Shown: positions 1 to 8,983 of the stretch, piece after piece
Layout of the letters: the number at the start of each line of letters is the position of its first letter
How positions within the stretch are numbered: position 1 is the stretch's first letter
DNA from: an uncultured Hyphomicrobiales bacterium
Lineage (GTDB): Bacteria; Bacteroidota; Ignavibacteria; Kapaibacteriales; UBA2268
Reading direction: 5' to 3'
Length of the DNA stretch: 64,000 nucleotides
Assembly (NCBI GenBank): GCA_964606895.1
Contig: CAZSHX010000017.1
Span: forward strand, 1,723-65,722
Notes under the pieces: generated by a model
What the model was told of the DNA's origin: nothing
Seen by the model: only the letters and a program-made list of their open reading frames with translations
Databases searched by the model: none
Program-made: the position numbers and the translations under genes

Positions 1-1
1 C

Positions 2-622
2 AATTTCAATAATCCTGCGACAACAAAATTCATAAAACAACTTGATAGAGAAAATAGAAAACAGGAAAAGTCCGGATTTCTGGAACCGGTTTTTGCCGCT
101 CATGAAGAAAAGCAAAGAATTTATGAAGAAAAGTTAAAACAGAAAAAAGCTTTAGCAAATCACAAAAATTCTGAAGAAAAAACTCAAAACTCGTTCCCAA
201 GCTCCCGCTTGGGAACGAAAGAATTTGAAAGAGGAATTGAAGATGTCCCCAAGCTGGAGCCTGGGAACAAGAAAGAAAACAAACCTGAAAATGAAGAGCC
301 TGAAATTGAAGAGCCTGAAATTGAATCTTTACCCCAAAAAGATGCAAAAGATGCAATCACCCAAAATTCGTTAATTGATAATAATTTCAATGATATACCC
401 GGAAACAGCATTGCATCTTTTTCCGAAAAAAACAAAAAAGATGCAATTTCCGGAAAGAAAAAATATGAGATAGATAAGGGTTCTGAACAATATATAATGA
501 CAGATGAGCAATTGGAAAAGATATGGTATATAGATAGGTATGAAGAAACAGATTATGAGGAAGTTGGGGAACATCTTGACTCGTTCTCAAGCTCCAGCTT
601 GGGAACGAGAAAAACGAAATGA
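2..622 (+). CDS. C-terminal part of a Lys/Glu-rich low-complexity hypothetical protein (5'-partial, enters from upstream of window)
   Basis: Frame 2 is open from the window start and is the same frame as track ORF 209..622. Translation is highly charged (EEPEIEEPEIE) and interrupted by palindromic DNA repeats in two different codon phases, so the coding status of the 3' part is uncertain. Confidence 0.3.
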   Translation, partial: NFNNPATTKFIKQLDRENRKQEKSGFLEPVFAAHEEKQRIYEEKLKQKKALANHKNSEEKTQNSFPSSRLGTKEFERGIEDVPKLEPGNKKENKPENEEPEIEEPEIESLPQKDAKDAITQNSLIDNNFNDIPGNSIASFSEKNKKDAISGKKKYEIDKGSEQYIMTDEQLEKIWYIDRYEETDYEEVGEHLDSFSSSSLGTRKTK

Positions 623-681
623 TTTAAGAATAGAGGATTAAAGCAAAATATTCAAATGTTCCCAAGCAGGAGCTTGGGAAC
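193..681. repeat. Array of four 24-nt stem-loop palindromes GTTCCCAAGC-N4-GCTTGGGAAC (REP/MITE-like)
   Basis: Copies at 193-216 (loop TCCC, perfect 10-bp stem), 245-268 (loop TGGA, 2 stem mismatches), 583-606 (loop TCCA, one C>T giving a G-U wobble) and 658-681 (loop AGGA, perfect). Stems are conserved while loops vary. Copies sit in different codon phases of the overlapping ORF and one lies after its stop. Confidence 0.75.
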
Positions 682-706
682 AAGAAGAATAATATGATTA
701 GAAACT

Positions 707-3475
707 TTATTTTTTGATAATAAAATTGGTTTGATAAATTCCGGATGCCCGGTTAGAGATTTTGCAAACATAAAATCCGCTTGCAATTTTATTGCCGGCT
801 TCATCGCGGCAATTCCAAAGGAATTCAAATTGTCCTGCAATGGAATGGTCAATGTGCTTTTGGTAAATCAAATCCCCCGTAATTGAATAGAATTTGAAAT
901 CGAGCATCACCGGATTTTCCACGCAGTATTCAATTGCCAAAAAATCATTGAAAGGATTGGGATAAATTCTTTTCAAATACAAATCGCTGTCTATTTTCTG
1001 CTTATTTTCAATATCGTCAATTGAGTCGGTAATCAGGATATCTGTGCTGTCGAAGTTCCAGTTATAATGGAACCAAAGTTCTTTGCTGTCGTCAACATAA
1101 AAAGCAGATTGTTCATTCTGGAAATATTCTTTGAAAGATTTTACAATTTTCATTTTTGAATTATTTAACAGAATCATGCCGGGTTTGAAAGGAATTTTGT
1201 AAATTTTGAATGTCAAATTCATAGCTTTTGGAGCATTGATAAAACTTTTTCCGGTTTTTTTGACTTTCAGATTAATAGAAGCGGCATTAACAATGCTATT
1301 AAAACTAACAAGGTCGAACTGTTCCTTTTCGAGAGAATGTGCGGAAAGTCCGTCATCAATGTAAAGAGTAAATTTAGATTTGGGACTAAGTGTATCGGGA
1401 TAGTATTTAACAATTAAAGTGTCATATTTGTACTGAACGTTATTCTTCATTCTGGGTGCCATGGGGATAATAGAGCCGGACTTAACAAACAAAGGAAGTT
1501 TATTCAGCGGAACATCAAATTCATGTTTAGTACCACCTTCAAAAATTTTACCATCAAAATAATCAATCCATCTGCCCGAAGGGAAAAAAATTTCTCTTTT
1601 GAAAACTGAATCAACAATCGGAGCAACAAGAAAGTTATCTCCCCACAAGAACTCATCATTGATATCGGAAATTACTTTATTTGACGGCTCATAGTAATTA
1701 ATCGGTTTCATTAACGGAGTACCGGCGGTTGAATTAATATAGGACAAAGTATAATTGTAAGGCAGGAGCTCATATCTAAGATTAGAAATATCGCGAACAA
1801 TAGATTTAATGGAATCATCATAGAAAATAGGTTCCGCCGGAATAGGACCGGCAAGATGAACTCTCATAATTGGCGAAAAAGCACCAAGCAGGATCCATCG
1901 AGCATAAAGTTCCTGATGGAATACATTATCAAACGGACCATACCCGCCGGCATCACTATGAAGATAGCAAGTACCACTCATAGAAGCACTAAGCATAACC
2001 GGAATCATAGCCTTAAGTCCGCCAAAAGTTCGTGCAACATCACCGCATAAGGGGTAAGCCCCAAATCTCTGAATGCCGGCCCAGCCGGCTCTTGTCATAA
2101 AGAACGGTCTTTGGTCGGGGAAATCTTTCTTGTAGCCAACATAAAGCATTTCAAGCCACAAGTTTGAATAGATATTATGTATTTGAATTGGAGTTTTACC
2201 GTTGGAATATAATGCTGTAGTGTTTTCACAATCCGGCTCGCCACCGTCACACCACCATCCGCCAATATTCTCTTCCGAACGAGTCTTATATTTGCTCCAG
2301 AACCAATCTACGGCTTCACGCTTAGTTAAATCGAGCAAAAGGAAACCCGGAGTGTTCTGAAGATCAACCAGTAAAGGCTTACCTGAAGAATCACCCGCAT
2401 ATAGTTTTTTATCTATTGCTTCCTTAAAGTTATTTAGGTTGGCGGCGACGTATGGTTCTGATATCAGAACAGTATTTATTCCTTTATCTTTTAAATTATT
2501 AATAAGTCCGATGGGGTCAGGAAAATTATTTTTATTCCATTCGAAACTACTCATTTCATTAACACTGCCGAACCATGACATATCCATAACTACGCCATCA
2601 ATCGGAAATTCTTCATCAATCATTCTATCCATGATACCATTTAATTCTTTGTCATCATAATAATATGCACGAGATTGGATATATCCTAAAGCCCATCTTG
2701 GAGGTAAAGGCTGTTTTCCTGTTAAATCAGTATATTTGTTAAAAATGTCTGAAAAAGAACTACCTGCTATGATATAGGTCGAAAACTTATTTGAAATTGC
2801 AGTAAACTCAATTACATCTTTGAAGCGAACATCAATAGTAAGGATGCTATAACCGGAATTATCAAATAAAACTCCATAGTTTCCGGAAGAGATAATAAAT
2901 GGAACATTCAAATTGAGACAATTAGGATATCCCCATTCATACCCCCATCTATTAGCATTGAACATTGTAACTCCGCCGTTTCTTTTATTAATTGGCAAAG
3001 CCCGTTCGCCCTGTCCGTAAATGCTTTCATTTGAATCAATTTTAAAAGACACACCTGAGTAATTGTACGGAGCAAATCTGAAAAAATTATTAATTGTATC
3101 TTTCAGGAATAATTTTCCATCCCTGAAATAGCTCAGTTTTAAAGGTGACTTATTTATTTTGATTGTAACACTATCGGTGGCATATTCGAGGTAATCACCC
3201 TTATTTAAGAAATTAATTTTTAATTGAAATGGTTTTAAAATAACAGAATACGAAGTGTCGTTATTTGTAATAAAGTCATCATGCATTGCAATTTTGATAA
3301 TATCTTCAGTGAATGCCTGAATCTCAATTACGCCGTTTTCGCAATTAAGCAATAGAACGTTGTTTGAATAGCTATAACTTTTGACATTTTGAGTATTGTA
3401 AGAAATATCTGATTGGGCAATAACTGACAAAGTGGAAAATGTAAACATCATCAAACATAACAAATTAGTCTTCAT
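707..3475 (-). CDS. Glycoside hydrolase family 31 (alpha-glucosidase/alpha-xylosidase-like) with signal peptide and T9SS C-terminal sorting domain
   Basis: GH31-like motifs (GGWWCDGGEP nucleophile region; HNIYSNLW; FMTRAGWAGIQRFGAYPLCGD resembling the GH31 'RS.F.GSQR...W.GD' block). N-terminal signal MKTNLLCLMMFTFSTLSVIAQ; ORF track start 3493, with Met-7 at 3475 likelier. C-terminal ~80 aa (YPNPFNDFLAIEY...GFYVCKISN...IIKK) matches Por_Secre_tail. Confidence 0.8.
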   Translation of the reverse strand: MKTNLLCLMMFTFSTLSVIAQSDISYNTQNVKSYSYSNNVLLLNCENGVIEIQAFTEDIIKIAMHDDFITNNDTSYSVILKPFQLKINFLNKGDYLEYATDSVTIKINKSPLKLSYFRDGKLFLKDTINNFFRFAPYNYSGVSFKIDSNESIYGQGERALPINKRNGGVTMFNANRWGYEWGYPNCLNLNVPFIISSGNYGVLFDNSGYSILTIDVRFKDVIEFTAISNKFSTYIIAGSSFSDIFNKYTDLTGKQPLPPRWALGYIQSRAYYYDDKELNGIMDRMIDEEFPIDGVVMDMSWFGSVNEMSSFEWNKNNFPDPIGLINNLKDKGINTVLISEPYVAANLNNFKEAIDKKLYAGDSSGKPLLVDLQNTPGFLLLDLTKREAVDWFWSKYKTRSEENIGGWWCDGGEPDCENTTALYSNGKTPIQIHNIYSNLWLEMLYVGYKKDFPDQRPFFMTRAGWAGIQRFGAYPLCGDVARTFGGLKAMIPVMLSASMSGTCYLHSDAGGYGPFDNVFHQELYARWILLGAFSPIMRVHLAGPIPAEPIFYDDSIKSIVRDISNLRYELLPYNYTLSYINSTAGTPLMKPINYYEPSNKVISDINDEFLWGDNFLVAPIVDSVFKREIFFPSGRWIDYFDGKIFEGGTKHEFDVPLNKLPLFVKSGSIIPMAPRMKNNVQYKYDTLIVKYYPDTLSPKSKFTLYIDDGLSAHSLEKEQFDLVSFNSIVNAASINLKVKKTGKSFINAPKAMNLTFKIYKIPFKPGMILLNNSKMKIVKSFKEYFQNEQSAFYVDDSKELWFHYNWNFDSTDILITDSIDDIENKQKIDSDLYLKRIYPNPFNDFLAIEYCVENPVMLDFKFYSITGDLIYQKHIDHSIAGQFEFLWNCRDEAGNKIASGFYVCKISNRASGIYQTNFIIKK

Positions 3476-3646
3476 AATATTCTCTCGAAACAATATAATT
3501 GATAAACATATTCTAATAAATATTTCAATGACTTCAGGTCACTACTGAATATTCAGAATGAGAATTTGCCAAAACACTAAAGTCTCCAAATTGTTAGATA
3601 TGACAAAAACTTAAAATTGAATATTTTCAAGAATTTTTTATAATTC

Positions 3647-4123
3647 TTACCTTTGAATTCTCATATAGCCGTCACCCATAATTTTATCTTTGATTTTAGG
3701 AGCAATCTCGTTTGCCCATTTAGCGGCTAACTGCCAGCATTCATTTGAAGCCGCCGGAATAGTTAAAATGAATTTCTTGCCGGCATCTGAAGCCATAAAT
3801 TTATTAATTTCGATTATTTCTTTATTTGTGAATGCTTTATGATAGACATCAACCATTTGGTTAATAAGTGTATCGGGATTGACAGACTTTTTTAATGCAT
3901 CCCAATAGGTCAACGGAGCCGCGGCAATAGCAGTTTGATAGGGCTGAATAATATTCTCAACAACATTTTTTGGCATTTCGTCAGCTTTAACATGATTCAT
4001 AAACTTCAGAATATTCTCCCTTTTTTCTTTGGTTAAAACTTCGGTAGTATTTTCCTGAGCATTAGCCAAAAAAACAAACGATAACAAAAAAATCATTCCG
4101 ATTACAGCATTTTTAGTGTACAT
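3647..4123 (-). CDS. Secreted hypothetical protein, DUF2059-like
   Basis: Signal peptide MYTKNAVIGMIFLLSFVFLANAQ, with a GGAG Shine-Dalgarno 8 nt upstream of the ATG at 4123. Small periplasmic-type protein; track ORF extends to 4171 but the internal Met is the plausible start. Confidence 0.5.
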   Translation of the reverse strand: MYTKNAVIGMIFLLSFVFLANAQENTTEVLTKEKRENILKFMNHVKADEMPKNVVENIIQPYQTAIAAAPLTYWDALKKSVNPDTLINQMVDVYHKAFTNKEIIEINKFMASDAGKKFILTIPAASNECWQLAAKWANEIAPKIKDKIMGDGYMRIQR

Positions 4124-4302
4124 TTTCAATCTCCATAAATATATTTTCAAATTTCTTTCAATTACTTTCAATAATATAAAGAAATTCTTTTTATTTTCAA
4201 TATGATTTTCTTATCTTTAACATTTTATATTTATAATGATATATTAATAATAATTAATTTTGAAAAATTGGGTATAATTTATTAAATTTTTAGGAGAAGA
4301 AC

Positions 4303-5490
4303 ATGAATTTAGAAGCAATTCAACAAGCATTGAGAACTGCCGGAATGGACGGCTGGCTTTTCTACGATTTTCATAATCGTGATGCTATTGCCGCAAGAAT
4401 ATTAAATATGGATACTAAACGTTTTGCATCGCGCCGCTGGTACTATTTTATTCCGGCAAACGGCGAGCCGCAAAAACTTGTTCACAGAATTGAACCATGG
4501 AGATGCGACCATCTTCCCGGCAAAAAGCACGTCTATCTCCCGTGGCAGCAACAGCATGAATTGCTCAGAGGAATGCTCGAAGGTTCAAAAAAAGTTGCTA
4601 TGCAATATTCTCCGAAAAATGCAATTCCTTACGTTTCAATAATTGATGGCGGTACTTGCGAATTGGTAACGAGTTTTGGCGTTGAAATCGTGTCGAGTGC
4701 AGATTTGGTTAGTCAGTTCGAATCCCATCTTTCGATGGATGACCTGCAAAGCCATATCGAAGCGAGTAAAGTAATGCAAATGGTGAAAGACGAAGCATTC
4801 AAAGAAATTGCAAGACTTGTTAAATCGGGCAACAATCCTACAGAGTATGAAATACACAGATTTATGCTTGATATCATGGCAAAAAATGAGATGCAATGCG
4901 ATGACGGACCAATTGTGGCAGTTAATGAACACGCCGCAGACCCGCATTTTGAACCCACAATTGAAAACTCCCACAAAATCAAAGAAGGCGATTTGGTACT
5001 TATTGATTTATGGGCAAAGAAAAACAAACCCGGAAGCATTTATTATGACATAACATGGATGGGTTTTGTCGGAACCGAAGTTCCTGAAAAAATTGAAAAA
5101 ATATTTCAGATTGGACGTACAGCCCGTGATACCGCAGTGAATTTTGTAAGAAACAGATTTGCAAAAAATCAGCCGGTTTATGGTTGGGAAGTTGATGATG
5201 CCTGCCGCAAAGTGATTATTGATGCAGGATTGGGCGATTATTTCACCCACCGTACCGGTCACAACATCGGCGAAGAAGTTCATGGAAACGGTGTCCACAT
5301 TGACAATCTTGAAACCAAGGATGAAAGACTTATTATCCCCGGCACATGTTTTTCAATTGAACCAGGTATTTACATTGAGCATGAAAAAATCGGTTTCCGT
5401 ACCGAAATTGATGTTTTCGTAACCGACGAAGGTAAGGTTGAAGTTTTCGGAGCAATTCAGGAAACAATGATACCAATTTTAAATTTATAA
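4303..5490 (+). CDS. M24 family metallopeptidase (Xaa-Pro aminopeptidase/prolidase-like)
   Basis: Pita-bread fold signature HRTGHNIGEEVHGNG, FSIEPGIY and metal-ligand pattern typical of M24B. Confidence 0.8.
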   Translation: MNLEAIQQALRTAGMDGWLFYDFHNRDAIAARILNMDTKRFASRRWYYFIPANGEPQKLVHRIEPWRCDHLPGKKHVYLPWQQQHELLRGMLEGSKKVAMQYSPKNAIPYVSIIDGGTCELVTSFGVEIVSSADLVSQFESHLSMDDLQSHIEASKVMQMVKDEAFKEIARLVKSGNNPTEYEIHRFMLDIMAKNEMQCDDGPIVAVNEHAADPHFEPTIENSHKIKEGDLVLIDLWAKKNKPGSIYYDITWMGFVGTEVPEKIEKIFQIGRTARDTAVNFVRNRFAKNQPVYGWEVDDACRKVIIDAGLGDYFTHRTGHNIGEEVHGNGVHIDNLETKDERLIIPGTCFSIEPGIYIEHEKIGFRTEIDVFVTDEGKVEVFGAIQETMIPILNL

Positions 5491-5505
5491 AAAGAAAACT
5501 ACATT

Positions 5506-5922
5506 ATGGACTTAATAACAATTGCCAAATTTTCTGAGACTTTTGAAGCTAACATCGTTAAGGGCAGACTCGAAGAGGAAGGCATAGAATGCTTACTTCA
5601 AAACGAATTAATTGTTAATACTATCTGGATGTCATCCGATGCTGTCGGTGGAATTAAACTCAAAGTAAATCCGAGTGATGTCCAGCGGGCAAAAGAAATC
5701 CTGAATCTTGATATGGATTTCGATGAAGCTGAAGAATTCATTCCCAACGGTTCGGAAGAAGGCAATGCTTTTATTTGTCCGGTTTGTGGTTCAAAATCGG
5801 TTATAGAGACTGTTCGACCCAAATTACTGCAATTTTTAATCGGGCTGTTATTTGCCGTTTCGGCAAAATCCGAAAGCCAGAAATACAATTGCACAAGCTG
5901 TAGACATAAATGGAAAAATTAA
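5506..5922 (+). CDS. DUF2007-like small protein with C-terminal Cys4 zinc ribbon
   Basis: N-terminus (IAKFSETFEANIVKGRLEEEGIECLL) resembles the DUF2007 'putative signal-transducing' fold. CPVCG...CTSCRH forms a zinc ribbon. Confidence 0.5.
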   Translation: MDLITIAKFSETFEANIVKGRLEEEGIECLLQNELIVNTIWMSSDAVGGIKLKVNPSDVQRAKEILNLDMDFDEAEEFIPNGSEEGNAFICPVCGSKSVIETVRPKLLQFLIGLLFAVSAKSESQKYNCTSCRHKWKN

Positions 5923-5961
5923 GTTTTTCATAAATTTATTTAATTAAAAAAAGGAACAAAT

Positions 5962-7620
5962 ATGTTTAATGGACATCCCAAAGGTTTATTTGTAGCGTTC
6001 TTCTCGAACATGGGAGAACGATTTGGTTTTTACACGATGTATGCAATTTTTGTGCTTTACATTCAGGCTAAGTTCGGTTTTGACCCCAAAACCACAGGCA
6101 TTATCTGGAGTGTATTTTTGTTTGGTGTGTATTTTCTGCCTCTTGTCGGCGGTATTGTTGCCGATAGATTTTTAGGCTACAGCAAAACTATTACAATAGG
6201 AATCATCACTCTGTTTGTTGGCTACGCATTATTGTTTATCCCGGGTATGGGATTTACAATGATTATTGCCGCATTAGCCACAATCGCAGTAGGTACAGGA
6301 TTTTTCAAAGGAAATCTTCAGGCTTTGGTCGGCAATATGTACGACGACCCGAAATACGGTAAGATGAGAGATAGTGCATTCAGTATTTTTTATATGGGTA
6401 TTAACATCGGTGCATTCTTTGCACCTCATGCCGCAAACTGGATGAACAGAATGATTTTAGCCAAACACGGATTTACTTATAACCAGGAAATACCATCCAT
6501 TGCTCACAAGTTCTTAAACGGAGATGTTACTGTTGCCGACAAATTGCATCAGTTAGCCTTAACCCAATCGTCAGCGGTAACAGATTTGACACTGTTTTGC
6601 AATAACTATATATCTGCATTAAGCGAATCCTACAATTATGCTTTTGGTATTGCTGCCTTGAGTATGATAGTTTCAATGTTAATTTTCTTATTCTTCAGAT
6701 CATATTACAAACATGCCGATGTTACCGCATCTCAGAAAGTCAGACCAACAGATTCGAAAATGGTTATTTCTGAACTAACTCCAAAGCAGACAAAAGAAAG
6801 AATCTTGGCTTTGATTTTGGTATTCTTTGTAGTTATTTTCTTCTGGATGTCATTCCATCAGAACGGACTATCAATTACCTGGTTTGCCCGTGACTTTACT
6901 GCAAGCATAGTTAGTGCCGAACTGAATATATTTTTCAATTTATACTCTGTTCTTTCTTTGTCAGCCGCTATCATTGGTTTGGTTATGATTTTCAATACAT
7001 CAAAGAAAGCTACAAAAGGAATTGGCGGGATTTTAACATTTGTCGGTATCGCTGTCACTTACCTTTTATATACAGGTTTTGACCCTACAAACAAAATATT
7101 ACCTCAGGAATTCCAGCAGTTCAATCCCTTATACATTGTAATATTCACTCCTGTTGTTCTTTCGATATTTGCCGCAATGGCAAAAAGAGGGAAAGAGCCA
7201 TCAGCTCCGAGAAAAATCGGTATAGGTATGCTGATCACTGCCGGTGCGTTTATCCTTCTGGCTATAGCCTCATCAGGACTTGAAACTCCAAGTGCATTAA
7301 AAGGCGGAGTATCCGGTTTCCCTGTCTCTCCGTTGTGGTTGATTATCATGTATTTTGTATTAACGATTGCAGAACTATTTTTAAGTCCAATGGGAATTTC
7401 TTTTGTTTCAAAAGTTGCCCCACCGAAATACAAGGGCTTGATGCAGGGCGGCTGGTTTGCGGCAACATCTATAGGAAACTTGCTGGTTGGAGTAATGGGA
7501 ATATTTTGGGAAGTTGTTTCTCTTCAGGTATTTTGGCTGATATTGTCGGCTTCGTGCCTGATGTCAGCGGCTTTTATTTTCTTTGTTTTAAAGAAACTCG
7601 AAAAAGTAACTACGTTTTAG
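5962..7620 (+). CDS. POT/PTR2 family proton-dependent di/tripeptide transporter (MFS)
   Basis: N-terminal PTR2 signature GHPKGLFVAFFSNMGERFGFYTMYAIFVLY and about 12 predicted TM segments. Confidence 0.85.
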   Translation: MFNGHPKGLFVAFFSNMGERFGFYTMYAIFVLYIQAKFGFDPKTTGIIWSVFLFGVYFLPLVGGIVADRFLGYSKTITIGIITLFVGYALLFIPGMGFTMIIAALATIAVGTGFFKGNLQALVGNMYDDPKYGKMRDSAFSIFYMGINIGAFFAPHAANWMNRMILAKHGFTYNQEIPSIAHKFLNGDVTVADKLHQLALTQSSAVTDLTLFCNNYISALSESYNYAFGIAALSMIVSMLIFLFFRSYYKHADVTASQKVRPTDSKMVISELTPKQTKERILALILVFFVVIFFWMSFHQNGLSITWFARDFTASIVSAELNIFFNLYSVLSLSAAIIGLVMIFNTSKKATKGIGGILTFVGIAVTYLLYTGFDPTNKILPQEFQQFNPLYIVIFTPVVLSIFAAMAKRGKEPSAPRKIGIGMLITAGAFILLAIASSGLETPSALKGGVSGFPVSPLWLIIMYFVLTIAELFLSPMGISFVSKVAPPKYKGLMQGGWFAATSIGNLLVGVMGIFWEVVSLQVFWLILSASCLMSAAFIFFVLKKLEKVTTF

Positions 7621-7702
7621 TCAAACTTATTTAATCGCCGTTATAAATCGGTAACGGCGATTTATTTATTATAAATTCAGTATTTTTATTAAAGGTCTCA
7701 AA

Positions 7703-8953
7703 ATGAAAGAAACAGTTTTAGAAAAATTATTAAGATATGTTAAAATTGATACTCAATCCAGTGAAGATTCAGAAACATATCCAAGCACGATGAAGCAATT
7801 CGATCTTGCAAATTTACTCCTCAAAGAGCTTCACGAATTAGGTATTGCAAATGCCGCTATTGATGAATATTGCTATGTTATGGCAACTATTCCATCAAAT
7901 ATTCCGCAGAATCATCCTGCTTATGGAAAAGTTCCTGCTGTTGGGTTTGTTGCACACGTTGACACATCACCCGAAGTATCGGGCGAAAACGTCAAACCAC
8001 AGATTATTCAGTATCAGGGCGGTGATATTGTGCTACCGGCAAATACTTCAATTGTTATAAGGGAATCAGAAAATCCCGGTTTGAAAAAATGTATTGGTCA
8101 CACAATAGTAACAACCGACGGAACAACACTTCTCGGTTCGGATGATAAATCGGGTGTAGCCGCTATTATGACATTGGCTCAAACATTGGTTTCAAATCCT
8201 GATATTCTGCATGGCGATATTAAAATCGGTTTCACCCCTGACGAAGAAGTCGGTGCAGGCACTAAATTCTTCGATTTGGAAAAATTCGGTGCTAAATATG
8301 CTTATACTGTTGACGGAGATTTGCCCGGTGAACTGAATAAAGAAACATTCAGTGCCCATCAGGCAACAGTTACAGTTATCGGCAGAGATATTCATCCCGG
8401 TGCGGCTAAGGATATAATGGTTAATTCAATTCGCGTTATGTCGGAAATTATTTCTCTTATGCCCAAGAACATGGCTCCCGAAACCACTGAAGGTTACGAA
8501 CCATATCTCCATCCTTATGTTTTCGAAGGAAGTATTGCAAAAACTACTCTCAAAATCTTATTCCGCGATTTCAAAACTGAAAAGCTTGAAGATTTGAAAA
8601 AAATCATGGAGAAGATTATTGTTCAGGTTCAGGAAACATTCCCAAGAGCACAGATTACGATGGAGGTTAAAGAACAATATTTCAATATGCACGACGAACT
8701 TGCCAAACATCCGATAGTTCTTGATTGTTTGTGGACAGCGGCTGTTAATTCCGGAGTCGAGCCTTTCTGGCATCCTATTCGCGGCGGCACAGACGGTTCA
8801 AAATTGACCGAAAAGGGTTTGCCTACTCCGAATATCTATACCGGCGGTCAAAACTTCCACAGCCCTACCGAATGGGTTTCGGTTGACTTTCTGAACAAAG
8901 CAGTTGATACTTTAGTTAACCTTGTTCAGGTTTATGTTGAAAAATTTAAATAA
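7703..8953 (+). CDS. pepT: Peptidase T (tripeptide aminopeptidase), M20 family
   Basis: N-terminus MKETVLEKLLRYVKIDTQS, typical of PepT; M20 metal-binding HVDT and GSDDKSG motifs; length 416 aa. Confidence 0.9.
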   Translation: MKETVLEKLLRYVKIDTQSSEDSETYPSTMKQFDLANLLLKELHELGIANAAIDEYCYVMATIPSNIPQNHPAYGKVPAVGFVAHVDTSPEVSGENVKPQIIQYQGGDIVLPANTSIVIRESENPGLKKCIGHTIVTTDGTTLLGSDDKSGVAAIMTLAQTLVSNPDILHGDIKIGFTPDEEVGAGTKFFDLEKFGAKYAYTVDGDLPGELNKETFSAHQATVTVIGRDIHPGAAKDIMVNSIRVMSEIISLMPKNMAPETTEGYEPYLHPYVFEGSIAKTTLKILFRDFKTEKLEDLKKIMEKIIVQVQETFPRAQITMEVKEQYFNMHDELAKHPIVLDCLWTAAVNSGVEPFWHPIRGGTDGSKLTEKGLPTPNIYTGGQNFHSPTEWVSVDFLNKAVDTLVNLVQVYVEKFK

Positions 8954-8983
8954 TGATTATAAATTGAAAACAAACAGGAGATT

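Noticed and set aside
209-622. Treating the EEPEIEEPEIE / SFPSSRLGT repeats as a genuine repetitive protein
   Set aside because: The underlying palindromes occur in two different codon phases and also outside the ORF, so the repeat is nucleotide-level. The protein-repeat interpretation is secondary.
4424-5422. Multiple 60-110-aa ORFs on both strands inside the M24 peptidase gene (4424..4642, 4636..4974, 4713..5039, 4808..5053, 5008..5298, 5219..5422)
   Set aside because: All are nested within or antisense to a confidently identified 395-aa M24 peptidase frame.
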